Assembly (NCBI GenBank): GCA_951406725.2
Contig: OX597814.1
Location: 134,106,001 to 134,170,000 of the forward strand
DNA: 64,000 nucleotides
Source of the DNA: Octopus vulgaris
Taxonomy: Eukaryota
Direction: 5' to 3'
Part shown: one piece after another, positions 53,294 through 64,000 of the stretch
How the letters are laid out: each line of letters opens with the position of its first letter
Numbering within the stretch: position 1 is the stretch's first letter
Made by a program: the position numbers and the translations under genes
The notes under the pieces: generated by a model
The model's input: the letters and a program-made list of their open reading frames with translations, nothing else
Database searches by the model: none
What the model was told of the DNA's origin: nothing

Positions 53294-56200
53294 TGTGTGT
53301 GTGTATAATCTGACACTTTCATGTATACAGATTTATGTTTATCTGAATTAAAGAGAAAAGCAGAGTGTATTTGAAAAAAATATAAAAGACATGTGAATGT
53401 CTTCTAATATGTATGTTTTCTTTTGTATGTATGCATGTATATACGTATATATAATCTGACATTTCTATGTATACATGTTTATGTTTACTAAAGTTGAAGA
53501 GAGAAGCAGAGTATGTTTGAAAAAAATCGAAGAAAATATATATGAATGTTTGCCAAATCTCCTATTCTGTGGAGTTTTTCTCTTGTAAACAGAATCTACG
53601 AATAAAAGCGGGTGTAAATCAAAACAACTATTTTCAGAAGTCTAGTTTACAAAATTAAGCACAAACTAAAATTCTTCAATACAAAACATCGTTCATGCGC
53701 CTATTCAGAATGAATTAATATGTGAATGAGTCAACAAGAGAATCTCTATGTGATCGCTCGACCGACTAAACATAACAGCTAAATCTCCTTAAAATCAACT
53801 TCCACCGTCTTGAAAAAGATTTTTAAAAGTCCTAATACCTCTCCAAGAGCTAAGTCCGATAGATCAGAACAGACTTGGGGATAAGCAATAACAGAAATAT
53901 TCTAATATATGACAGTAAGTATCGTTTTAAATACATTATTCAATTTCGTCTTTTAGTGTTTGTGTCCTAATGACATTGGGTCCAATTTGCATTAAACTAT
54001 CCATTTTTCGTAAGCCTCCAAAGCCATAAAATACAGTGTGCCAGTAATATCATTGTTATAAAGTGTTATGTGAAAGGATACAGCTCAAGAAATGGTCTCG
54101 CAATTATTCTAAGGAATACTACATTAGAGAAGTTGCTGCAATCTGTGGACCAACAGGAAGAGTTGAACTTGGCACCGGATGCAAATCAGCCACTTATGAA
54201 TATTACAGTGAGGTCAATATTTAAAGCAGCAAGTTGTTTCTACACTATTGTACCTATTTGCAGCTACGTGGACTGAGTCATTTGAAAGTTAAGCGTCTTG
54301 ATCACAAGCATAATAACGCATAGCGCATTGGTTGGAAGAGAACTTTCGGTCTCTTGGCTGTTTGTCAACAAACCCCCATCAACTTGGTCATGATCATCCG
54401 CACTCTCATATCAGAAATATATTACAGACAATTCAACAGATTGAGTGCTCTTGATAACAAGTATTACTCTTCCGGCTAAATAATATTTAAAGTGATATTT
54501 AATAAAACCTCTCATTAATATTTAGTTAGACATTACTTTTATGATACAGACCACAAAACATTCTGAAATAGAACAAGGACCCTAGTAATGAGTTAACCAT
54601 CCATTACTCACTATTGTGCTATCTCTTCGGTCCTATTTGTCCTATATGAACTAGCAAATTAAATAGAACCCTCACCCAAACACAATCAAATCTCCTTCCT
54701 GCCGTACTCTTCTCACCGAAGAATACAATAGGGAATCTAATTTCTTGCTAGATAGTTATTACTTCTACGAAGAGTGTACTCGAAAAACATTCTTCGTTTG
54801 AGATGTGAGAACTTAATTTCTTCTAACAATGACAAGAAACATCCATTACATTTATATGGAAGGCACACTGACAACACGAGCCAATGTAAGAGCCTTTAAA
54901 CTGTCGCTCAGTCTGCAGCCAAATATCCTACCAAATCATACATTATCTTTAAAAAAAGGACACATATTTCATAAAGTAGATCTAATATCCTATTGGAACG
55001 TTTTTGATCATCGACCTGGTCGATCAGGGTTGATTTACGGCAACAAAATCAACACACAACACCTCTTCTAAATAACATACATCCCTTTGTTCATGTCCTT
55101 CTAAACATTGACCAGTAGAGGTTCCAGATAAACATTAACCACATCAACCTCATAAGTCTTACGTTTTCCAGAATAAAAATAGTGAAAATAAGAGAGATTA
55201 TTTCCGCTGAACCAAGACTGTACTGCAGTTCCAATATCCGCATGAAATGATTTCATCTCCCACCGTTAATAATGTTTGGAAAATCGTGAACATTCTATTA
55301 ATTCATCTCTGCATTCGACCCATTCTAAAATCAATGGTATATTTCGCTTGCAAAAAGGAAACTAATCTTTTGTTTCAATTGCACTAATCTAAATTTGAAG
55401 CTATTTTGCTTTTTAACAATAATAATGCGTTGAGAAAAAAATGACCGCCACTTAAAACTTGTTCTAAGTCAGAAATAGATATTTAATTAGAAAAGTTAAT
55501 TTGCCCCTGGCAAGTTGAAACTGAAATTTGGTTTCAATCACCGGTCAAAAACATTTTATTTCAATAGTATTAGGAAATTAATAAGCATCACCTGTCATCA
55601 TTTCCTAAAATACAATATTGTTGAGCTATATCGGAATTATTTCCCATTGAGTAGGCGCCAGAGCCGACTTTGCTTTTCATCTCTCCGTTGTTGGTAATAT
55701 AAGTGATACACGTGTCTCGATTTAATGGTCTATGTTGCCTTATGTGTCAAGTAACAAACTGCATTTAATCGACTCTATGATCCGGTTTATTTCAGTTGGA
55801 AACCACTTTATCTTAACTTACACCGCACTGCTAAAGCTTCTGAGAAAGAAAGTCATATTATAATTTACCATTACTCACCTCGCTAAAATATAATACACAG
55901 TGAAAAAAGAAACCAATTCTTAATTCATACTGGAAGATAATCCTTTGTATCAGAAAAAAATATAGGATTTCCAACGAAAAACAATTTCATTGAAAAGAAA
56001 TTCAGATATTGTCTAAGCCTAAATCAATGAAAAGAAAAATGTCCCATTTAATTAAATCCATAAGGTTTTCATATCAGGACTGCTTTTGTTATTGTTATTA
56101 TTTTTCTCAAGTCGGCTTTGACTAACTATACCAATGATGAAAGATGTTTGAACCATGACATCCCTTTTATGAAGGATGTATTTCGAACTACATTATACAA

Positions 56201-56589
56201 TGTAACCTTTTAAGATGTTGATTTGAAGGAGATTTGGGTGTTATTTCAAGCAAACTGAGTAACCACTTATAAGCTACCTCATTAGCCCGTTCATATCATC
56301 ATGTGGTGTTACAGAGTCAATGTTTATTCCCAATGACTCAATCCCCTTAAGTTTCATTGGGTATAGTATGCAGTTAAGTTTTCGTTATCTTGCAATATTG
56401 CACAGTATGACCAAATCTTAATGGTTGAAACCATTAACATAGTAATATTCTAGCACTTCCGTCTTGGTAACTTTCTCGCAATACATCACATAATGACTTA
56501 ATGTATTAAGTAATGCTTCTTCGACATCATGAGTTACAAGACTAACTTTCTTTACATGCAGAATCTAAAGGAATGGGCGAACCCGTGTC

Positions 56590-57200
56590 ACTTGCAGCCC
56601 TTCGGGGTTAGCAATACTTATGCCGTTAAAGTTCCGTTTGAGTTGTTGCAAGGAAAGACATGAATGGGGAGAAGATCCCAGAGAACCGATGTTCTGGGGA
56701 TGAAGGTTTGAACAAAGGGACTAGTGCTGGTACAAGCTGCATTGTACGCATCAAGGATACCGAGAGATGGCGAATGGTTTGGGGTGCCCGAGTGGGGGCA
56801 GTTCGCAAGTAACCAGCCCCAAGTGGCAAAATCTATTATAGTAGCAATAAAAAAGATAGGTAGAGAAAATAGCACACACCTGTGGGTCAGAACCTGAATG
56901 TGCCCCTCGGCTAAGTAGTCCTTCTCTGGTTGTCCAAGTATCACTGTGCGTAGCAACAGTACCGTTCCAGATATGAGAGAAGTATTCCATTGTGGGCCAC
57001 ACTTGAACCTTATAGGGTGCCAGCAGCTGTTGGGGAGTGGTATATCTTCTAGCCATAAAGAGAAGGCCTAGTCTTTCGGATTCAGTCCCAGCTATGCTAA
57101 GGATGTGTTTTCTCCAGGAGAGATACCTGATGATAAGAATAGAGTTGAGAGCGAAATCGAGCCCTGAAAAATACCAGAGTTGACTGAGAGTGGAGTAGAA
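56590..57200 (-). mobile_element. 3' fragment of an L2/Jockey-type LINE
   Basis: LSWRKHILSIA...LGLLFMARRYTTPQQLLAPYKVQVWPTMEYFSHIW and FIPRTSVLWDLLPIHVFP. Related but weaker remnants at ~32400-33060 and ~35540-36030. Confidence 0.8.
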
Positions 57201-57768
57201 AGAACTCTGTAAACACATACCACTATGCTGCGAAGTGATAAGAGGTTACTGATCCAAAAGATAAGAGATGGGTGGAGTCTGTAGTCGGAATGTTTTGACA
57301 GATTTGCATGCCAGATAGGATGGAAGGCTTTGTTGATGTCTAGACTTACAACATTGTTTTCGCTGAACTTCTCTAAAGCGAGAATCCACTTGTGAATGAC
57401 ATAAGAGTGTAGAACTCTAATGGATCTGGATCTGCGATAGACGGAGTTGTGGTCATTGACAGGAGAGAGAAATTCAAGTTGAGGAGAATGTCATTGTTAA
57501 TAGCCGTCAGAATTACTCTGGATATGCTAGGCGGAGAGAGATGACGGGGAGGAAATGGCGGGTGAGATGGCAGGAGGGAGATGTCGGTGGTGGTAGTAGT
57601 GGCGGTGGTGGTGGCAGCAATAGGGGAAGCAATAGCAGTAACTGTGACATGTGTGGTGAGGAGAGTCAGGTCAGGAAAATGGTAGAAGGAAGAAGTGAAA
57701 TAACTCGCAAAAAACAGTTCAGATGTCAAATTCAAGTGAACCATAGACCCTTTTTGTTAATGTTGTTC

Positions 57769-57975
57769 AAGGCGTAAAGCAGCGAGTTGGCAGAATCGTT
57801 AGCGCGTTGGACGAAATGCTTAGCGGTATTTCGCCCGTCGCTACGTTCTGAGTTCAAATTCCGTCATGGTCGACTTTGCCTTTCATCCTTTCAGGGTCGA
57901 TAAAATAAGTACCAGTCGAACACTGGAGTAGCCCCCCTCCCCAAAAATTTCAGACCTTGTTTCTATAGTAGAGAG
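57769..57975 (+). mobile_element. SINE family B copy
   Basis: Matches the family B consensus. Confidence 0.85.
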
Positions 57976-58344
57976 GAATAATGCTGTTTTTGTTGCTGAT
58001 GTTGCTGCTGCTGTTGCTGCTGTTGCTACTGATGCTACTGCTGCTGTCTTCTTCTTCCATTCAGGACTCACGCCATTAGCCACAAAGAATAATCTCTAAT
58101 TCGAGCCTACTCTAATCTACTAAGAATGCGTGTGGCAACTTGAAGATCCACCCACCACACACGATAGACTGGCGATTGCACGGGCGCGAAAGCTACAGTG
58201 TTATCCTCATTTCCGTAAATGTTGGCTTTTAACGGGTGGAGAGCTGAACCATCCTGGGGTAGAGGATTCGCAATCTAGACTAGGGTCTGAAGGTTTACCA
58301 CACCATAGTGGGTTACACCATGGTTCCTCTGCTTTGTGGCAGAA

Positions 58345-58536
58345 GTAAGAAGAAAGAGTGAGAGAAAGTTGTGGTGAAAGAGTACAGCGGGGTTCACCCC
58401 CACCCCATGCCGAAGCCTCGTGGAGCTTAGGTGTTTTTTTCTCAATAAACACTCACAATACCCGGACCGGGAATCGAAACCGCGTTCTTACGACCGCGAG
58501 TCCGCTGCCCTAACCACTGGGTCATTGCGCCTCCAC
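58345..58536 (-). mobile_element. tRNA-headed SINE related to family C, 3' truncated
   Basis: Minus strand ggaggcgcaatgacccagtggttagggcagcggactcgcggtcgtaagaacgcggtttcgattcccggtccggg. Confidence 0.75.
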
Positions 58537-58769
58537 TCCTGTTACTGTTACCGCTGCTGTTGTGGTTGTTTAACAAGTATTGGTTGCTGATATTGCTGTT
58601 TTGGCAGAGAAGCATAAAAATACACATTTGATATTATGAAAATGGACCTACTAACAATTTTGAAAGCATCGATAATCCACAAAAAGAGCAAACGTTCCAT
58701 TGCGCTTTTATTGAACAAAGCAGGTAAATGTATGACATATTCTATCAAAGTAAAACATAGTTAAAATAC

Positions 58770-59202
58770 TCTTTCCTACTATAGGCGCAAGGCCTGAAAT
58801 TTTGAGGGGAGGACTCAACTGATTACATTGATCCAGTACTACTCAAAAGGCACTTATTTCATCTACCCTGAAAAGATGAAAGGCAAAGTTAACCACGGCG
58901 AAATTTGAACTCACAGCGTAAAGCCGGAAGAAAAGCCACGAAGTATTTTATCCGGTGTACTAACGATTCTTATTTCTTTATTGCCCACAAGGGGCTAAAC
59001 ATAGAGGGGACAAACAACGACAGACAAACGGATTAAGTCGATTACATCGACCCAGTGCATAACTGGTACTTAATTTATCGACCCCGAAAGGATGAAAGGC
59101 AAAGTCGACCTCGATGGAATTTGAACTCAAAACGTAACGGCAGACGAAATACCGCTTAGCATTTCGCCCTGCGTGCTAACGATTCTACCAGCTCGCTGTC
59201 TT
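58770..59202 (-). mobile_element. Two nested family B SINEs (Tx1-tailed copy 58971-59202 joined to an ordinary copy 58770-58970)
   Basis: The tail ...gccccttgtgggcaataaagaaata runs directly into agaatcgttag, about 20 nt into the head of the next copy. Confidence 0.85.
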
Positions 59203-60475
59203 ATATATTGTTAAAATAATGTCGACTACAATCATTTATACCAGCAATATATTTTCGTTACAATTACTGGAATAATTAGTTGAATGCTTACGCTGCGTCA
59301 GTCAAATGGCACAATGAATTTTTGTTGTAAGTAATTTGTAAAATTATCCACAAATTACTAAGGAAATAAATCTACTTTAAGCGGTTTAAGTGAACTGAAA
59401 AAAAAGAGTCATAATATTTAACACTGTGATATTGATAGATTAGTAATTTGACGATTTCTCATACAGACACAAGAACACAGGGTTATAACGAAAAGGGAAA
59501 TTAGATACTTTTTGGGGAATCATAAACATAACAACATACAGATCCCTTTTTCATTCGTTTATATCACCGATCGCAACTGGTTAATGCCATACAAGTGTGT
59601 AAGAGGGATAAATATACTATTTCTTCACTATTTCTTTATTCTATCATGAGATTATTAGATTATAAAAGGATGAATGTATGTATGAATGAGTGTATGTATG
59701 CATGGTATATATAATATATATATACAGTGGTGCTCCAGCATTACTGCAGACACATGGCTGAAACGAGTAAAAGAATATATATATATATACAGAGAGACAG
59801 ACAGACAGACAGACATACGTCTTAAGAATTTAATAAACATCCAAGAGAACATTTTTGAGAACAGTGGTTCCCGAACCACACAAAACCATAAATAATAGCA
59901 TGTAAATATTGGATTGAAAAACCCTTTTCTCGGTAGAAAGAAATCGAGGACTGCTCGTGGGACTCGAACCCACATCTATAACCACTTCTATTCAAAAATG
60001 GATACAGAGAGAAAACGAAAGAATAGAGAAAATTAGTAATTCAAATGTCCCTTTAGCATTAATATGAAGCGAGGTCAGTTGAGTTTCTTAATGTACGCCT
60101 CACCTCCTCTTCTTTCTGTATTTCTTGATCACACCTCTCACCTACTGCTCAAGTCTTCCCCCAATTCCACTGAATTGATTAATTCCCCAACCGGGAATTC
60201 CCAGACAACTGAACAGAGTTGTCCTTATATTGTGTCATTTTGTAAGGCGAAGAATATTTTCTCAGCTTTTGATAATGACATTTTTTTTCTAAAACTGTAT
60301 GTGTGCATACATATATGTATGCGTGCGCGTGTGTACGTGTCTGTTTCGGGGTGGGGGCGTGTGTGTGTAAAGATATTCACAACACAGCAAAAATATAAAA
60401 ACAAACTTGTAAGAAAATAAACAATAAAAGTGTTATCTATCATTTGAACGGTAAAGAGGATACTAAATAAATATA

Positions 60476-61311
60476 CCTGCATGTGGCTATGTTATTAAGA
60501 AGTTTGTTTTAGATCCCTGTGTTTTCAGTTTCGATTCCACTGAGCGACACTTTAGACAAGTGTCTTCCAACATAACTTTGTGTCCATATTTTTATGAAAG
60601 AAGGCCGGCGAGCTGGCAGAAGCGTTAGAACGCCGGGCGAAATGCGTAGCTGTATTTCGTCTGCCGTTACGTTCTGAGTTCAAATTCCGCCGAGGTCGAC
60701 TTTGCCTTTCATCCTTTCGAGGTCGATAAATTAAATACCAGTTACGCACTGGGGTCGATGTAATCGACTTAATCCGTTTGTCTGTCCTTGTTTGTCCCCT
60801 CTGTGTGTAGCCCCTTGTGGCTAGTAAAGAAATAGGTATTTCGTCAGCCGCTACGTTCTGAGTTCAAATTCCGCCGAGGTCGACTTTGCCTTTTATCCTT
60901 TCGGGATCGATAAATTAAGTACCAGTTACGCACTGGGGTCGATATAATCGACTTAATCCGTTTTTCTGTCCTTGTTTGTCCCCTCTGTGTTTAACCCCCT
61001 GTGGGTAGTAAAGAAATAGGTATTTCCTCTGTCTTTACGTTCTGAGTTGAAATAAGCCCATTGTGTGCGTGTGTATGTGTGTTTATGTGTATGTCTTTGT
61101 GTCTGTGTTTGTCCTCCACCACCATCACTTGACCCCCAATGTTGGTGTGTTTACGTCCTCGTTACTTAGCGGTTCGGCAAAAGATACGATAGCACATGCA
61201 CTAGACTTACAAAGAATAAGTCATGGGATCGATTTCTTCGACTAAAAAAAACCTTTAAGGCGGTACCCCAGCATGGCCGCAGTCAAATGACAGAAGTAAA
61301 AGAATAAAAGA
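60476..61311 (+). mobile_element. Family A SINE interrupted by a tandem family B array (60601-61049)
   Basis: A-family head 60476-~60600 and body/tail 61050-61311. B units restart at gtattt at 60652, 60836 and 61020 (period 184 bp). Confidence 0.85.
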
Positions 61312-61370
61312 ATATGTGAGTGTGTCTGTATATAAGAATATGCATATGTATGTATGTGTATATATATATA

Positions 61371-61753
61371 TCTCTATATATAAACGGCAGTTTGTCTGTG
61401 TGTGTGTCTGTGTGTCTGTCAGGTTGTACCCTCAACCTGACCACGGCTTTCAACCGATTCTGATGAAACTTGACACACACATAGCCCAATGTCATAATTC
61501 AAAACTAACGCAGCGAAAATTTTGAAAAGTTCCCCCAGTTCTGAAAAAAAATTGATAAATTTGACATGGGGTCGAGAATCAGAAACACAAACCACAGACT
61601 GTCTAGGGGACGCAACTCGACCTTTTTTACTCTCAAAAAAAAATTTACCATAATTTTTTTTCCATTTTTTTGCTATTTTTTGGCTATAACTCTCTAAAAA
61701 TGCTTTATAGTTATTTCCCTTACAAACCCGAGCAACGCCGGGCGATACTGCTA

Positions 61754-61754
<1 letters not shown>
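61371..61754 (+). mobile_element. Non-autonomous Helitron (384 bp)
   Basis: A|TCTCTATATATAAACGGCAG at the 5' end; hairpin cccgagcaacgccggg then CTAG|T at 61751-61754; no TSD. Confidence 0.9.
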
Positions 61755-61807
<53 letters not shown>

Positions 61808-62083
61808 GCATGCATACATGTACATATATACATGTATATATAGAAATACACACACATACTCATACACACGATAGTGGTGATCAGTGAGAATAGTCCTCAA
61901 CCCTGCATTTGGTGGATAAATATGCATTCTTTCACGTGGTTACTTGAATGGGCACTACAGCTCCTGTTGCTTATAGTTGCTTACCATTGATTTCATGCAA
62001 AACAATCTCCAATTCTCAAGGGTTCCACTTTAAAATATTGAGTAATCAGTTTCCATGTTGGATAAGACTACATGGGATTATAC

Positions 62084-62131
<48 letters not shown>

Positions 62132-62138
<7 letters not shown>

Positions 62139-63500
62139 ACAAACCCAACAACCCTGGCCGCCCCATCGTCTCCGCCTGTAACTGCCCCACGGAGCTCATC
62201 TCTAAATACCTCGACCGTGTCCTTGCCCCCCTAGTGGCATCTCTTCCCTCCCACATCCACGATACCAACCATGCTCTCCGGCTTTTCAACTCTTTCTCCT
62301 TTCCTCCCGGCTCCTCCAAAATCATTTTACTATGGACATCCAAAGCCTCTATACTGTTATCCCTCACCACGAAGGACTGCAGGCCCTTCGACACTTTCTT
62401 GACCTCCGCTCTAACCCTGTACCTGACACCTCCACACTCATTCGTCTGGCCGAACTTGTCCTTACTCTGAACTGCTTCTCGTTCGCGGGCGAGTTCTACC
62501 ATCAGGTCTCGGGAGTGGCCATGGGAACGCGAATGGGCCCCAACTATGCGAACCTGTTCGTTGGCTATGTTGAGGCCCAAATATTCTCTAATTTCACTGG
62601 TCCCACTCCTGAACTATATGGTCGTTACATTGACGACATTATCGGTGCCACCTCACTCTCCCGTGAACATCTAGATTCCTTCCTCTCTTTCGTCCAATCT
62701 TTCCATCCAGCCCTCCACTTCACTTCCACTATCTCCAACACCTCTGTCTCCTTCCTCGACATTTCGGTTAGCATTCTTCACTCCACTCTTACCACCTCCA
62801 TTCACTACAAACACACAGACTCACACTCATACCTCAACTTCTCTTCCTCCCACCCAGAACACACCAAGCTTTCCATCCCCTATTCCCAATTCCTCCGTCT
62901 ACGTAGGCTCTGTAGTGACGACCATGACTTTGAGACTCAGTCTCAACGTATGGCTCACCACTTCACCCTACGTGGATACCCCCTCACCACTATCCACACC
63001 GCCCTTGCCAGAGCACGGTCCGTGGACCGTGTATCTGCTCTCTCTCCCCGAACCCGCTCTGTAGTCTCCCGCCTCCCTTTTCCCCTCACTTACCACCCCA
63101 CGACCCTACGTCTCCAACGCACCATTCTTCGAGCTTTCCGTCATCTCCAACACCACCCGCCTCACTAGCACCCACCATCGACCCTATCCCATCATCCACT
63201 CCTTCACCTGCACCTCCAGCAATATTATCTATTGCGTCTCTTGCTCTCTCTGCAATTCCTTGTACATCGGACAAACGGGACGCCGCTTGGCTGACCGGTT
63301 CGCGGAACACCTTCGTGACATCCACCTTGCGAACGACACACCGGTCTCACGCCATTTCCGCTCCACCGGTCACTCCTTGCAACACCTATCTGTGTTCGGT
63401 TTGTCCTTACACAGAGGCCATCCGGATTCCCGTTTGCGCCGTGAACAGGAATTAATCTTCTCTCTTCGCTCTTATACGCCATTTGGTCTCAACTCTCCCC
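62132..63500 (+). mobile_element. Penelope-like retroelement, 5'-truncated: RT plus GIY-YIG endonuclease
   Basis: HKPNNPGRPIVS, MDIQSLYTVIP, GVAMGTRMGPNYANLF, RYIDDI, FLDI, YLNFSSSHP, SIPYSQFLRLRRLCS, then FTCTSSNIIYCVSCSLCNSLYIGQTGRRLADRFAEH. Frameshifts near 62325 and 63150-63180. Confidence 0.95.
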
Positions 63501-64000
63501 CCTCCTCACCTATCCTTCCCCCCGACCCCTACTTCTTCAGTCCTTCATCCTTTCACCCCTACTCCCCTTCCCTTCTTCCCTCTTTCTCCCTCCCTCCTTC
63601 CCTCTTCCCCTTCCCTCTGCTCCCTCACTCCCCTTCTCTCTCCCCCTCTCCCTCTTTCCTCCTTCCTCCCCCTCCTCCTCCCCTTCTTCTCCCCTCCTCT
63701 CCTCTTCCCCCTCTTCTCCCCCTCTTCTTCCCCTCCCCCTCTCCCCCTCTTCTCCCCCTCCCCTCTTCTCCTCACTACACCACACGACTTTACACATCAC
63801 ATCATATATGATGTGCCATACTAATACATACACCAACTAATACATACTAATACGTACTAATACATACTAATACATACTAATACATACACCAACCCTATAC
63901 ATACACACGTCCAGACCTCTCATACGCACTTATACTCTCTCATACACACACACACACACTTATACATACTAATACGTACTAATACATACTAATACATACT
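63500..64000. repeat. C/T-rich low-complexity tract followed by a 10-bp minisatellite (tacatactaa)n
   Basis: Polypyrimidine 63500-63775; tacatactaa units at 63817-63890 and 63963-64000. Confidence 0.9.

Noticed and set aside
60652-61049. CRISPR-like or satellite array
   Set aside because: The units are whole SINE bodies with no unique spacers, the context is eukaryotic, and there are no cas genes.
63483-63836. Pro/Ser/Leu-rich and Glu/Gly/Arg-rich ORFs
   Set aside because: They are translations of the polypyrimidine tract downstream of the Penelope ORF.

Overview
AT-rich animal DNA crowded with microsatellites and transposons. The SINE families, (TA)n/(TATG)n density and element mix suggest a cephalopod, probably Octopus; this is an inference from pattern recognition, not a search. 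Only one intact host coding sequence is evident: a single-exon class A GPCR of the FMRFamide-receptor-like group (27847-28953, +). The rest is mostly decayed mobile DNA: a Tx1/L1-type LINE, R4/Dong-type, RTE and CR1/L2-type LINE fragments, Penelope-like elements, several Tc1/mariner and Tigger remnants, autonomous-derived and non-autonomous Helitrons, and at least three tRNA-headed SINE families. Two patterns deserve follow-up. (1) About ten hammerhead-ribozyme-like motifs, several with unusual cores, sit in short non-coding elements next to (TA)n; two of these elements are long fold-back units with one motif in each arm. (2) A Tx1-type LINE shares its 3' tail with a SINE subfamily, and every insertion of this pair in the window lands inside the tRNA-like head of another SINE, in one case building a 184-bp tandem array. 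Element boundaries were read by eye and are approximate unless a TSD or TIR is quoted.
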